Below, one piece after another: positions 37,800 to 51,808 of a stretch of DNA of 64,000 nt. Made by a program: the position numbers and the translations under genes. The notes under the pieces are model-generated. The model made no database searches. It saw only the letters and a program-made list of their open reading frames with translations, and was not told where the DNA came from. The DNA comes from Octopus sinensis (Eukaryota), in assembly GCF_006345805.1 (NCBI RefSeq), contig NC_043009.1, positions 43,710,001 to 43,774,000 of the forward strand, written 5' to 3'. Each line of letters begins with the position of its first letter. Within the stretch, counting starts at the first letter, position 1.

Positions 37800-38393
37800 A
37801 AACGACACTTCAAAACGGCGGGGGGGGGTCGTTCAATTCGCGCGGCACCCATTTCTCAAGTATTTTTGTCTTTCCAATTTCTTTCAAGTGGTTGGAAATT
37901 GTCATATACGTTACGTGTAATTCAGAAGAAAGCTCTCGAACAGCTGTGCGTGGATTGGCTTCCACTAAGGCTCTAAGTTGATCGTTGTCAACATCCGATG
38001 GCCGTCCACTACGCTTATCATCTTCAAGACTCTCGTCTTGAAGATGATAAACTACGAAATTTCTTGAACCACCATTGTGCTGTACGTTCATTAGTGGTTC
38101 CTGCGCCAAACGCATCGTTGCTATCGCAAGTTGTTTCAGCAGCTTTTCGGCCTAGCTTGAACTGGAATGAGGAAAAATTGTGCGAAATTGTTTTTTGTCC
38201 ATATTGTATTCAACGTTCCGGAAAAAATGGCCTAATTATTCAAAAACAAAAAAGTGTAACACGATTAGATAGAGCGAAAAACGGCTTTAAAATGATATAT
38301 AAAGTCAAAGTAATTTAACGAAACTTAATTTGAAAATACATAATTTAAAGCCAAAATTAAAAATTCCGCAAGAACTTTCTTGACAACCTATTA
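37800..38393 (-). mobile_element. Mariner 5' half (TIR plus transposase N-terminus)
   Basis: TIR TAATAGGTTGTCAAGAAAGTTCTTGCGG; ESLEDDKRSGRPSDVDNDQLRALVEANPR...KWVPREL. Confidence 0.9.
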
Positions 38394-38399
38394 CTTACC

Positions 38400-38790
38400 C
38401 CTACCAATACTTTCTCAAAATTTCATTCACATTACAAGACTATTTTGAATGAACAGCACATGGAATTAGTGTCTCCACCCTATCCATCTGTAATAACAAA
38501 ATATGAACTATCGGAATCTACATACTATGGACAAGAAGCCTTTCTACCCATTCTACACATCACTTTCCTTGGATAATGGAACTGCAACTGTAACATCCAA
38601 CATATATTTCTATTTTTATTCTCTTATTTCCATTTATACTTCCTATATCTCTAACTTTCAAAAATAACTTCTTATATCGAACTCTACTATATCCCTCTAT
38701 TTAACTCTTTCATATCGTCTCTAATGAAGGGGTATTCCTCGTATCCTTGAAACGGCTGTAAGAATATCTTTCTCTTTATAAATGTCTGAG
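38400..38790 (+). mobile_element. Probable PLE 3' end: decayed GIY-YIG C-terminus, pyrimidine-rich UTR, hammerhead
   Basis: Frameshifted ...HYKTILNEQHMELVS/TLSICNNK...HHFPWIMELQL* loosely resembles PLE endonuclease ends; followed by a hammerhead motif. Confidence 0.5.
38718..38763 (+). ncRNA. Type I hammerhead motif, G5A-mutated
   Basis: TCT-CTAATGA-AGGGGTAT-TCCTC-GTATCCTT-GAAA-C-GGCT-GT-A-AGA. Confidence 0.65.
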
Positions 38791-39020
38791 AAATTTCACA
38801 CTGCCTTTGCTTTGTTGTTTCATTTTATTATATTATATATATATTATATTATATATTATATATATATACATACATCCATGTTCAATCCCACTGCATGGCA
38901 CCTTGGGCAAGTATCTTCTACTATAGCCTCGGGCCGACCAAAGCCTTGTGAATGGATTGGTAGACGGAAACTGAAAGAACCCCGTCATACACACACACAC
39001 ACACACGCACACACACACAC

Positions 39021-39101
<81 letters not shown>

Positions 39102-39105
<4 letters not shown>

Positions 39106-39913
39106 AACCTCCCACCCTAAATACACCAAGCTTTCCATCTCCTATTCCAATTCCTCCGTCTACACAGGGCTCTGCAGTGATGACCATGAATTTGAGATTC
39201 AGTCTCACCTCATGGCTCGTCACTTCATCCTACGTGGATATTCTCTCACCTATATCCACACCGCCCTTGCCAGAGCACTTCCGTGGACCGTGCATCTACT
39301 TTCTACCCCCGCACACGTCCCGCCGTCTCTCGTTTCCCGTTTCCCCTCACCTACCACCCCACCACCCTACCTCTCTAGTCCAACCCCTCCACTTCCCATA
39401 TTTTCCCTAACCGATTCCTCCCCTCCTTCAAACGAGCCCACAACCTACGAGACCTCTTGGTCCACAGCTTCTTCCCTAACCCAACCTCCCAACCCGGCTC
39501 GGTCCCCCGGCTCCCGCCCACGCTGCCGAACTTGCCCTTACCTCTCCAAAACCAGCCTCCTCACTGGCACCCATTATTCACCCTATCATATCACCGACTC
39601 CTTCACCAGCACTTTTACTAATATAATCTACTGCATCTCCTGCTCTCTCTGCCCTTTTCTATACATCGGGCAAACGGGACGCCGCTTGGCTGACCGGTTC
39701 GCAGAACACCTCCGAGATATCCGACTCGGCAATGATACCCCGTTCTCGCGCCATTTCCGCTCTATCGGTCACTCTTTGCAACACCTGTCTGTGTTCGGAT
39801 TGTCATTGCACAGGTGCCATCCGGACTCCCGTTTGTGCCGTGAACAGGGATTAATCTTCTCTCTTCGCTTCTTTGCGTCACATGGGCTCATCTCTCCTCC
39901 CCTCTTCATCTAA
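39102..39913 (+). mobile_element. Penelope-like (Neptune-type) element: RT thumb, Cys-rich linker and GIY-YIG endonuclease
   Basis: LRLHR/LCSDDHEFEIQSHLMARHFILRGY; alternative frame PLTYHP...FKRAHNLRDLLVHS; CRTCPY...NIIYCISCSLCPFLYIGQTGRRLADRFAEHLRDIR...CREQGLIF. Confidence 0.92.
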
Positions 39914-40929
39914 CCCTCCTCTCCTCTCCTCTCTCCCTCTCACACCCACTTCCTCCCACCCACCTCTCCTCTCTTGCTCCGATTCCTACTTCTTCTCTTC
40001 ACTCTTCTCTTCACCCCCTCTCCCTTCATCGTCACCATCCCTCGTAACCCCATCCCACCTCTACACAATCCAATCCCACCTTCCCTATCCATCCCGTCCC
40101 ACCCCATCCCATCCCTTACAACCACTCCCACATGGTGGATAAAATTTGTTTATTTGTGTATTAAGGCTACCATTGGTTTCATGTTAAAAAATATCGTAAT
40201 ATCTTAACAATTTTTAAAGCCGATTACATGAAGGAATGGCTTTCGTCTCCATTTTAAATGTTCCAGTAATTGGGTTGATACTGAGCAGCCTTGGAGTGTT
40301 TAGTTGAACAAATGCACCCCAGTCTGATTTGCATTCTATAGGTTCTATAACAGTCGTAAATATTTCTACTGCTCCCTAATTTTAGGGTGATACGAAACTG
40401 CACCAATGCCTAAACACATACTTAGCTACATATATATGTGCCCATGTACATACAACAGGCATTCACAGACTTGTATATATGCATACGTTTACACGCTCAA
40501 GCATACGTGTATATATGTAAGTATGTATCTATGTATGTATTATGTATATATATAGAGAGAGAGATAGTGAGAGAGAGAGAGAGAGTGAGAGAGAGAGAGG
40601 CATATGAACATACTTTCGTATTTATATGCACATATATATGTGTTCATGCACAGACGCCGCATCTACATATACAGATCCACAGTTGCACATGTGTACGCAC
40701 ATGTATTAACCTAGCATATATATATATACACACATACATATATATGAATGTATACACCTACTTGCCTATTCATACAAGCACTCATATAAACATATATATA
40801 TATATATGTGTGTGTGCATATACAAGTATATATGTATATGTGCAATTTATGTATGTATATTTTATGTGTATATAGATAGATAGATAGATGTACGTATATG
40901 TGCGGGTGTCTGTATGTATGTATCTATAT

Positions 40930-40969
<40 letters not shown>

Positions 40970-42048
40970 CATTAAGATATATATTGTTATATACATACAT
41001 ACATACATACATACAAACATATATACATACATATATATACGCTTACATATGCAGTGCGTGTGTGCATATATAATTGTGCATACAACAGAAACGATCTCAA
41101 GAAAATCTATTCCAATAGAAGAGCTCAATGTGTGTGTATGTACATGTATGAGCGTGTACATTATGTGTGTCTTTCTGAATGCACGTATGTGTGTGTGTGT
41201 GTGTGTGTGCGTTTTTCTGAATGCACGTATGTGTGTGTGTGGATGTGGGTGGGTGTGGATGCTCTTCATACGCCTGTTTTGATTTCTATATTATGATAGC
41301 TAATGATTATCTTTTTATGTTATTAATTTCCCTCCTGAGAAATATGAATTTATTGTTAAAAAATGGAGTAGAGAGAGAGAGAGAGAAAGATAGAGAGAGA
41401 GAGAGAGAGGGGAGAGAGAGAGTGAGTGAGAGAGAGAGGGAGGTACAAGGACAGCGTGAGTCAGTGAGCGAGTGAGTGAGAGAAAGAGAGAGAGAGAGCG
41501 CGTGTGTATGAGTTTGTGTGTGTGCGTGCGTGTGTATTGGATTTCGATCGAATTTAATTATATAACCAACTAATTCCCCACTAATTCTCAGGTCATAAAC
41601 CCTGTAAAAATAATGAAAAATAAAGGAACAGACAAAGTGTGCTCACAATAGCAAGGCGGAGCGTTTTGTATTTATAAGTGCGTATACAGACATAGAGATA
41701 CACATCCATTACACTCTCTTACTCACTCTCTCTCTCTATCAATCTCTCTCTCTTTCCCTCTCCCTTTCTTTCTCTCTCTCTGTCTCACTTTCTCTCTCTC
41801 TCTCTTAAACTACGTGTATGTGTGTGTTTGTGTGTGTTGTAGTCCATTTTCATCAAAATACATCTATGGTAAATACACTTATGCTGATATACATTTATAT
41901 GTGTGTGTGAGTGAGTGTGTGTATATACAGGCATATACATATATAAATGGACGCAGATGTATATATATATATATTCATATATGTATATATATATATGCAT
42001 AAACATATAAATAGATGCGTATCCATCTATTTATCAATCTCTCTCTCA

Positions 42049-42112
<64 letters not shown>

Positions 42113-43169
42113 TGTGATTATAATGTATATAGTCATAATTATAATACATAAAAAATTTTAATTACAAATGCTATGAAAAACATTACTGTAACGCAAAAGT
42201 ATACAAACGTCTTCATTTTCGTCTTTCACTTCTATTTTTGTATGTATATATCGCACATTCATATTTATTCAAATATATATACACTCAAAAACATACATCC
42301 ATACATACATATTTTTATTTATTTATTTATTTTGTTATATATCGCATACAACTCCAGCTTTCTTTTTAAATTAATATCTTCCAGTTGATATTTTCTGCTT
42401 AAAAGCCAACTTTCTTCTATTGTATTATACATCATAAATCACTCGTCAGCGGAAGTCGTCTGCTCCGACCGGAAAGGTCGTCTGCTACCACAAATGGTGG
42501 AGGTGGAGTACATTACTTTTTCGTTTGTTTATTTTCTTTTCATTTCACTTTGTTAAGTTTATTTCCTCTGGAGTATTTTCCTCTGACTATTTCTTCTTTT
42601 TTTCTTTACATTTATGTAAAGAATTTATGTATTTCTTATCCATTTTGTATGTTGATTTACCAATTATTTGATTAAACTAAATTGATCAATTTCTTTTGGT
42701 TTCATAATTTTCTTCTTTTCCTCTACGTTGCACATGGATCTCTGTTCGTTTATACATTATATCGTATTATATTATATTATATTATATTATATTATATTAT
42801 ATTATATTATATTATATTATATTATATTTATTTGTGTATTCATTACTTTGGGGTCCGGTGATGATTCTGTTCATTATCCATTTTTTACTTCAAACTAATC
42901 TTTAAATTACTTTCTTTTTATTTGGTTCTATTCCACTCTGTCTTCATCCTAAAATTCCTCTTCCCCTGCCTCCTCCACCGCATCCCCTCTTTCTTCGCTT
43001 TCTCCACCCCCCTTCTATTCTTAATAATTTCTTTCTTTCCCATTCTCATTCCTTTAGTATTACTTTATCTCATTCCCTTAACTTTTTCTTCCTTGCAGTC
43101 TTCTTCGAGTCCATGTCTTTTTTTTTATATTCAATCAGTCCCTTAAGATGTGCATTATATTCCGTATTA

Positions 43170-43235
<66 letters not shown>

Positions 43236-43468
43236 ATTATTATTATTATTATTTATCATCATCCTCATCTTCATCATCGTTTCCATCCTTTTATTTATTT
43301 CATTATTTTCTAATAAAACAAACTAATTTCTGTTTGTTCAATATTCGGGGAACATTGCTTAAATCGATAAATCCTTTTAAAATGTTGTTTATAAGAACAA
43401 CTGCAGCAACCACATTCAACACAAAGGCGACCGTATAAGTTTCTATACATGCCTATGTATATGTGTGC

Positions 43469-43500
<32 letters not shown>

Positions 43501-43635
43501 ACATATATGTATGCGTATGTGTATATATATATATATATATACATATATAAATATACATATATACACATATATGCATACTCACACGCGTATACTCACACAT
43601 ATGATATACAAGCACATCTCTACGTATAATATATA

Positions 43636-43673
<38 letters not shown>

Positions 43674-43785
43674 GTGCATAGATGCATATGTAAATGTGTG
43701 TGAGTGAGTATATGTGCTTATATATCCACATATACATTATATACATAATACATATATGCATAGATGCATATACATGTATATATAT

Positions 43786-43839
<54 letters not shown>

Positions 43840-43939
43840 ATGTATGTGTGGGTGATCCGAAATGCTGAAGTTAGCAATAATGATGGAATTGTTGTGAAAG
43901 TAGTAACGATGGCTGCAACGGCAGTAGAAATCAGAAGCA

Positions 43940-44535
43940 ACAATAACAACAACAACAACAACAACATCGACAACAGCAACAAGAACTACAACAACAGGGC
44001 CCAATGACTATATAAATCCACAACAATAACAACTATTGCGAAAATCTCAACACTGATACCAACAATAACATGATAAGGAATAGGTTGAGGATAATGGCGA
44101 CGATGAAGGAATATAGGGAGACTGTAACGACAAAAAAACAAAAATAAAAAAAATGCAACGATGATTTCAATACCACTGTTGGTATCGCCCCTACCAGTAC
44201 TACTACAACTACTGCTAATGCTAATGTTAATACTAATACTACTAATACAATAATTACTACTAAAAACATTGTTATTGTATATAGTAATAACAGTAATGAT
44301 AATGGAAATGATAACATGAATAATAATAATAAAAATAAGAAGAATAACAGTTGCTAGAATAAGAATGGAAATTAGAATGATAGCAATAATAGCAACAACA
44401 GTAATTTTATTGGTAATAACATTACTGACAATATTGATAATAATAACAATAATAATGATGAACACTAATAATGATAGTAATAACAACAACAACAACAGCA
44501 GCAGCAGCAGCAACAACAACAACAATAATAATAAT

Positions 44536-44573
<38 letters not shown>

Positions 44574-44586
44574 CAACAACAACAAC

Positions 44587-44645
<59 letters not shown>

Positions 44646-44717
44646 TAGTAATAATAATAATAATAATGCTGATTATAATAGCAGCAGTAGTAGTATTATT
44701 ATTATTATTATTATTAT

Positions 44718-44754
<37 letters not shown>

Positions 44755-44837
44755 CGTAGTAGTAGTAGTAGTAGTAGTATAGTAGTAGTAGTGATGATAA
44801 TGATGATGATAATGATGATGATGATGATAATAATAAC

Positions 44838-44878
<41 letters not shown>

Positions 44879-44937
44879 CAACAATAATAATAATGATAAT
44901 AATAATAATAATAATAATAATAATAGTAATAATAATA

Positions 44938-44988
<51 letters not shown>

Positions 44989-45000
44989 TAATAATAATCG
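43940..45000. repeat. Compound trinucleotide microsatellite field (AAC/AGC/AAT/ATT/AGT/ATG)
   Basis: Visible directly. Similar fields at 11440-11670, 13850-13960, 31820-32015, 50340-51560, 56540-56800 and 61600-61880. Confidence 0.95.
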
Positions 45001-45124
45001 TTTACAAAAGCACAACAATGTAGAATATATTATGTCATCATCTTGTTGGAAATTCTCGAATAAACACGGGGACAATTGTAAAGCAGAAAATCAATTAAAA
45101 CTGACCGATTATCATTATTATTAT

Positions 45125-45155
<31 letters not shown>

Positions 45156-45501
45156 TTTAGGAAAGGGGGAAAAAAGCAACAAAAGACAAAAAAACATAAA
45201 CAGAGATAAGATTTTGATGAAATCAGTTTAGCATTGCAACACGGGTAATGAGATAACTGATTGGACCTAGCACGTGACATTGAGAATTATTATCTTATAA
45301 AGATAAGTAGTATTCATTGGGAGGAATTTTTTAGTTTCAGTTTTTACTTTATTTTGTTGTATTTTGTCCTTTTTTTTTTGTTTAAATTGTTTAGGTTGAT
45401 GGATTTCTCGTTGAATTTGAATTTGCCAGATTAAATTATTTGAAATATATACGTCTAGTGTTGTGCATCTACCCTAGTGGTGAAGAACCTTTTTACATAT
45501 A

Positions 45502-45543
<42 letters not shown>

Positions 45544-46729
45544 ATTTTATTATTTAGAGCAAATATTAAGAAAGGACACGTGAAACCGCATCTGCATTAA
45601 GCAAAGTAAGGCGCTTTTGATTTTAGAAATTAAAGGTTTTTTTTTAGTTTTATTTTATATTTTATGTTATTTATTTCTTTATTTTTGGTAGGAGTTGTAG
45701 TTATTAAACCAGGAAGAAGGAGCAGCACCCTTGAGCCTTGCAAATAGTTCGAGACTGGTAGTTCGTTTAAACTGTTGCAGGCCAACACCTACACGAAAGA
45801 CATGGGCGAGGAGAAGATTCCAGAGGGACTGATGTTCTGGGGTGGAGGATGATTGAGTAAGAGGCTAGTGCGGAGCCGGGAATGGTGATGGATGCAGCAA
45901 AGGGGACGAAGTGGAGAGGCAAGTGGATCGGAGTAACCAGAGTGGTGGAGATACGAGACCAACCAGCTCCAAGGAGCAGAAGTTATAATAATAATAGAAA
46001 AGGCAGAGGCGCGATAGCACGCCTGTGAACCAGGGGTTGAAATACGTCACGCCAATTATCCGAATCTATGATGGCTCTATGTGTAAGCAACAGTTACTTA
46101 GCCCTCGAAAAATCGGTACAGGCTCCAATTTAATGAGCCAAAACATTCGAGATAGACTTTAAATTATTTTGCAACTGCTAGATCTGACCTATAACGCAAT
46201 AACTATAAACAACAACTATAAGGACACCCACCAACTCTGTACTAACAGAAACTTTACTGAAACATCACCAAAATTCCTCGGCGTAAGTGAAAGCATCTGC
46301 TGCTGCAATTCTGGTTGTCGTTGTTGCAGTAACTGTTGTTGTTGCTACGTGAAGGCGCAGAACCTAGTCGTAAGGGTGTTGCACTCATGATCGCTTATCG
46401 GTGGTTTCCATTCTCAGTCCGAACAGCACTTGTGTGTTACTTTAGTTCACGTAGAAGTTAACCCTACGATGCGACCGCTGTCCCGTTCAGATGATATGAG
46501 GAGGGGGGGGCTTGTAATCTTAGTCACTTACACGCCATGGTAACTCGGTTAAACTCCAGTTTTATAAATTCAACACCTTAAGACATGCTTAATTTATCAT
46601 TTTTGTTGTTGCTTAAGCCTATGTCAGCTCTAATCGAGCAAACCTATCATCAAAGGCATCCCGGTTCCGACTGTGACCACCTAGCCTTTTTATTTACAGA
46701 TAAATAGGACTACAATATCAAATATTTTC

Positions 46730-47219
46730 TTTTGCTCAATCGTATGGCTCCTGGGGGTCCTACACTACTTTTGAGGTCCACCCAAGCAAAACAGTAAACT
46801 GGGGATCCACAGTAGTATTTTAAGGGTCTATGAATAAATTCGGTCTTAGATGTATTTTTTGCAAGAAACGGTTATATTTCCTGCTCTAACGCTTAATAAA
46901 CTTCAACACGTATCCAGTCACAGAAACATGTTGTCTCAGTAAGTTCTACTGCAAACCCACACAAGTGAACGGGTGAAAAACCAAATAGGAATTCTGAAAG
47001 AGTATTTATAAAACTAATTTTTAATCATCGAATGGTTATGGGGTCCGCTAGAACAAAATAGTAATCAAAGAGGTCCATAGATAAAAAAATATATATAGTT
47101 GAGAAAATCTGTTCTTGCGAAAGAATGTCATTCACAAGGAGACAAAATAGCAATTAAAACAAGAACAAAATAGTAATCAAAGCAGTCCATAGATAAAAAA
47201 AAGTGGTTGAGAAGCTCTG
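46730..47219 (+). mobile_element. hAT-type MITE with internal duplication near the 3' end
   Basis: Homologous to 10485-10832; AGAACAAAATAGTAATCAAAG..GTCCATAGATAAAAAA occurs twice; ends GGTTGAGAAGCTCTG-TGCTAGAC. Confidence 0.65.
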
Positions 47220-48242
47220 TGCTAGACGGCAGAGGGTGGTTGGTCTGGAGGCAATTTAGCTGTTATTTCTAAGAAATCTAATGACGACGTACCGGATTAC
47301 TCTGTTGACTCGTACGTCAACCGTTTCTTTTCAATAGGACAAAACGTGTGTGCAATTGTGCGCAGCTCATTTATAGTGAAACAGCGTCATCGAGAACACT
47401 TCATCTATTATTGAGGACTCTTAATCCTACTTGAACAAATCAGTTAAACACTCAATGAAGCAATGAATTTATCTAACAACTCTTATATCCATACAATCAT
47501 CCGATAACATTACCATTTCCACACAAAGCCTACAGTCTTTCTTGCTTTTCTCACACATACTTACACACACTCTCTCACTCGCTATCTAACTACTATCTCT
47601 CTCTCTCTCTCTAACTATCTCTCTCTTTCCCTCTTTCTCTCTCTCTCTCTCTAACTATCTCTCTCTTTCCCTCTTTCTCTCTCTCTCTCTCTCTCTCAAC
47701 CTCTCTTAAACTCTCACACTATGTTTCTCTTAAATTTCTCTCTTTTTCTCATTTTCTCTCTTGCTCTCTTTCCCACTTTCTTGCTCCTTTTTTCCCCTCT
47801 CTCTTACTCTCTCTCTCACTTTCTCTCTCTCTCCCTCTCTCTATTTCTGTCTCTTTCTCTCTCATCTTATTTCTTTCTCCTCAATTCCTAGATATTCGTT
47901 TACTGATTTCAATTTATCCAATACTCCATTGCATTTTGTTCTTTCTTAAACACATACTCACTAGATACCACCCCTCCCATTTCGCCAAAAACATACACAC
48001 ACACTCATACTCACACACATACACACAAACATGCATGTCGGCACACATTAATGCACGCATATACATACGTGCATAGTTGCATACGTACATATATGTCTGC
48101 ATATACATGGACAAGTAAACACTATATATACGCATACATGCACTTACACATACGCACAAATGCGCTTACGTACACAGATACTAAGAGACGAAGACAGAGA
48201 GAATGATGTGCAGATATATCTATGACAGACAGACAGACAGAC

Positions 48243-48282
<40 letters not shown>

Positions 48283-48302
48283 TGATAGATAGATAGATAG
48301 AC

Positions 48303-48341
<39 letters not shown>

Positions 48342-48360
48342 TAGATAGATAGATAGATAT

Positions 48361-48473
<113 letters not shown>

Positions 48474-48479
48474 GTAAAA

Positions 48480-48651
48480 ACATTGGCTGTGCGGTAAGAA
48501 GCTTGCTTCCCAACCACACGGTTCCAGGTTCAGTCCCACTGCGTGGAACTTTGGGCAAGTGTCTTCTACTATAACCTCGGGTCGACCAAAGCTTTGTGAG
48601 TGGACTTGGTCGACGGAAACTGAAAGAAACCTATCGTGTATATATATATAT

Positions 48652-48690
<39 letters not shown>

Positions 48691-48863
48691 CATACATACA
48701 TACATACATACATACATACATACATACATCATACATACATACATACATAGCTATGTGTGTGAGTATGTATGTATAAATATATATATATACGTACATATAT
48801 ATATATATATATATACTTTGATACTTTGATACTTTGATAGGTTTCGGCCATTATTGGCCCAGG

Positions 48864-48917
<54 letters not shown>

Positions 48918-49095
48918 TATGCATATATTTGTGTGTCTGTGTTTGTCCCCCACCATCACTTGACAACCGATGTTGGTGCGTTTACGTTCCCATAACTTAG
49001 CGGTTCGGCAAAAGTGACGGATAGAATAAGTACTAGGCTTACGAAGAATAAATCGTGGGGTCGATTTGTTCGATTAAAGGCGGTGCTCCACTAAA
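48480..49095 (+). mobile_element. Family A SINE with greatly expanded internal microsatellite and a small insertion
   Basis: Head 48480-48640, body and tail 48930-49095. Confidence 0.85.
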
Positions 49096-49539
49096 AGAAT
49101 AAAACAATATATATATAAATATATATCAAGTCAACAGATGAGATCCAGAGTTACTCCATATAGAAAACAGAAGCGCTCAAATGATTTGAACTTACACTCA
49201 GAAGCCTTTACCGTGCACCAAGTTTGCGAGGTAAAGTGTGGCTATAAGAGGAATCCAGATGAGCAGATATGGAGACAATGATGCAAATGAACAAATAAAG
49301 CTGCTTGAGTTTCATGTACAAAATATTTATACATGTATACATGTAAACAGAGAGAAAGCAAAATCTAAAATCTCTCAGACGATGAATGTTCATGTATAAA
49401 TACGAGCAAAACGCCCCCCGTCCAATGGACGGTGCTGAGTTGTCAAACATTTAAACCAAATTTTCTCAAAACAACTTGTCCGACCGTCCCATAGGCCTCC
49501 CCTTTGAGAAACACTGATTTAACCTAAATTTGAAACACC

Positions 49540-49760
49540 TGCAAATGAAGAAAGAAAGATAGATTTTTTTTTCTATTCCAAAGAGAAACGGCTTTATCGA
49601 TCGCATTTTCACCTGGAATCGATTTTTGTAACTTTTTCAAGACTTATACACGCCCTGATACCGTCAGTATCTACATATCAAATTTGAACGCAATCGATTG
49701 GAGGATGTTCAAGATCCTAGAAGACACACAGACACACAGAACAGGTTTTATATAATAGAT
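49540..49760 (+). mobile_element. Possible non-autonomous Helitron-type fragment
   Basis: CAAATTTGAACGCAATCG...ACACACAGACACACAG...TTTTATATAATAGAT resembles ends of non-autonomous Helitron-family repeats; recognition only. Confidence 0.3.
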
Positions 49761-49966
49761 ATATATTACTTCTACGTTCATGTGCTTAAATCATTTTTCC
49801 ATGACTTGTGTATGTATTTCTTTCTAATGGTATTCCCCTGGATCACTTGGATCTCCTGGATCGGTCAGGCTGTTTGATGCCGAGTCGGCTCCGCTAGCCT
49901 CAGCATTTGCTCCATTCCCTTCGTGCTCTCGCCATTCTACACCACGTTGTCCCTAACACCTTTCTT

Positions 49967-50029
49967 AATTAGATGTTGTAATGCCATCAGACCTTTCTTA
50001 AAGGTCTAATGGTTTTACAACATCTAATT
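49967..50029. repeat. 63-bp near-perfect palindrome
   Basis: 30-bp arms, 3-nt loop CTT, 2 mismatches and 1 G-T. Confidence 0.9.
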
Positions 50030-50335
50030 CTCGACATTTTAAACTTTCCAACCCTTGATAATGATGTCCGGACGGTTTGCTGTTATTTCTCAGTCTCCAT
50101 GAAGAGGCATATCATATATTATGGTGGCGTTCTTATTTTCCATGAATGCTTCCGGTTAATGATCATAACATTTCTAAGTGGTCTTAATATATTCATTTCA
50201 GGCCTTCCAGTGAATGTATTCTGCTGCCTTGTTGTGACGTTGGATGTATCCTATCTTAGAAAGTTTTAGGCTGCCAGAGACAAGACGACCAATTGTTTCT
50301 TCGGGCTTGCTACATATCCTGTATTGGAGTTGGTT
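50030..50335 (-). mobile_element. R4/Dong-like non-LTR fragment (decayed CCHC knuckle and restriction-like endonuclease start)
   Basis: YRICSKPEETIGRLVSG...YIQRHNKAAEYIHWK, then through stops ENKNATIIYDMPLHGD*EITANRPDIIIK (RPD motif). Confidence 0.85.
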
Positions 50336-50349
50336 GTCGTTTATTATTG

Positions 50350-50415
<66 letters not shown>

Positions 50416-50604
50416 GCACACATGGCGAAATGCTTAGCAGCATTTAATCCGTCTTTACGTTCTGAGTTCAAATTCCGCCGAGGTCGACTTTGCCCTTCAT
50501 CCTTTCGGGGGTCAATGAATTAAGTGCCTGTGAAGCACTGGAGTCGATCTGATCGACTGGTCCCCTCCCCACAAATTTCAGACCTTGTACCTTTAGTAGT
50601 ATGG

Positions 50605-50678
<74 letters not shown>

Positions 50679-50707
50679 CATTATTATTATTATCATTATT
50701 ATTATTA

Positions 50708-50756
<49 letters not shown>

Positions 50757-50969
50757 GTTATTATTACTGTTGTTGTTGTTGTTGTTGTTGTATAATAGTT
50801 ATTATTACTTTTTCTGCGTCCTTTGTGAATTCGGATTCTATGTAAAAATATTCCAAACTAAACGCAAAGACCAAGAAAATATATGTACATAAAAAGAAAT
50901 AAATGAATGAATGAATGAATAACAACAACAACAACAATAATAGTAATAATACCAACAACAACAATGATG

Positions 50970-51069
<100 letters not shown>

Positions 51070-51408
51070 AATAATAATAGGGAAACAAGACAGGCGCACG
51101 TTGTCTTCGATTACAACAGAAGTATTTTGTCAGGAAGAGGATAAATCGATAGGAATCGAAGACTGATTATTATAGCAATTGTAAGAACTGATACATTGCT
51201 TCTTTGGCCATTGAAATGGGTGGCACGTGACTTCATTGTTTTCACTTGTTTTCTTGTCATCCGCTATCATTATCGTAGTCGTTGCCGTTGTTATCACCAG
51301 CAATTTCATCATCATCACTATCACCATCACCATCATCATCATCATCATTATCATCATCATCGCTATCACTATTATTATTTTTATTATTGTTGTTCGTGTT
51401 GTTGTTCC

Positions 51409-51470
<62 letters not shown>

Positions 51471-51808
51471 GTTATCATTATTATTATTATTGTCGTTGTT
51501 GTTGCTGCTGTTGTTGTTGTTGTTACTGTTGTTGTCGTCATTGTCGTCATTGTCAAGGCAATGGACAAGCAGAAACGTTAAAGCACCGGGGAACAAAAGA
51601 ATGCCTTATGATATTTAGTTTCGTCTCTTTAAGTTCTGTGTTCAATTCCTGCCGAGGCCAACTTCAACTTTCCTTCCTCAGGCTGCCAAAAGAAGTTCGG
51701 GGTTCAGTACTATCAATTACACCCGTCCCCTCCTCCCCACTAGTTACCTTGGCCAGTAGTTGAGTAACCAGACGACAACCATCATTGTTACCACCAACAT
51801 CATTATTA

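Noticed and set aside
37603-37920. ORFs containing X runs
   Set aside because: They span the 100-N assembly gap.
43986-45075. Overlapping ~200-aa homopolymer ORFs
   Set aside because: Compound trinucleotide repeats open in several frames on both strands.
45255-45280. CCAAT box plus CACGTGAC E-box as a promoter
   Set aside because: Short motifs without a downstream gene or other support.
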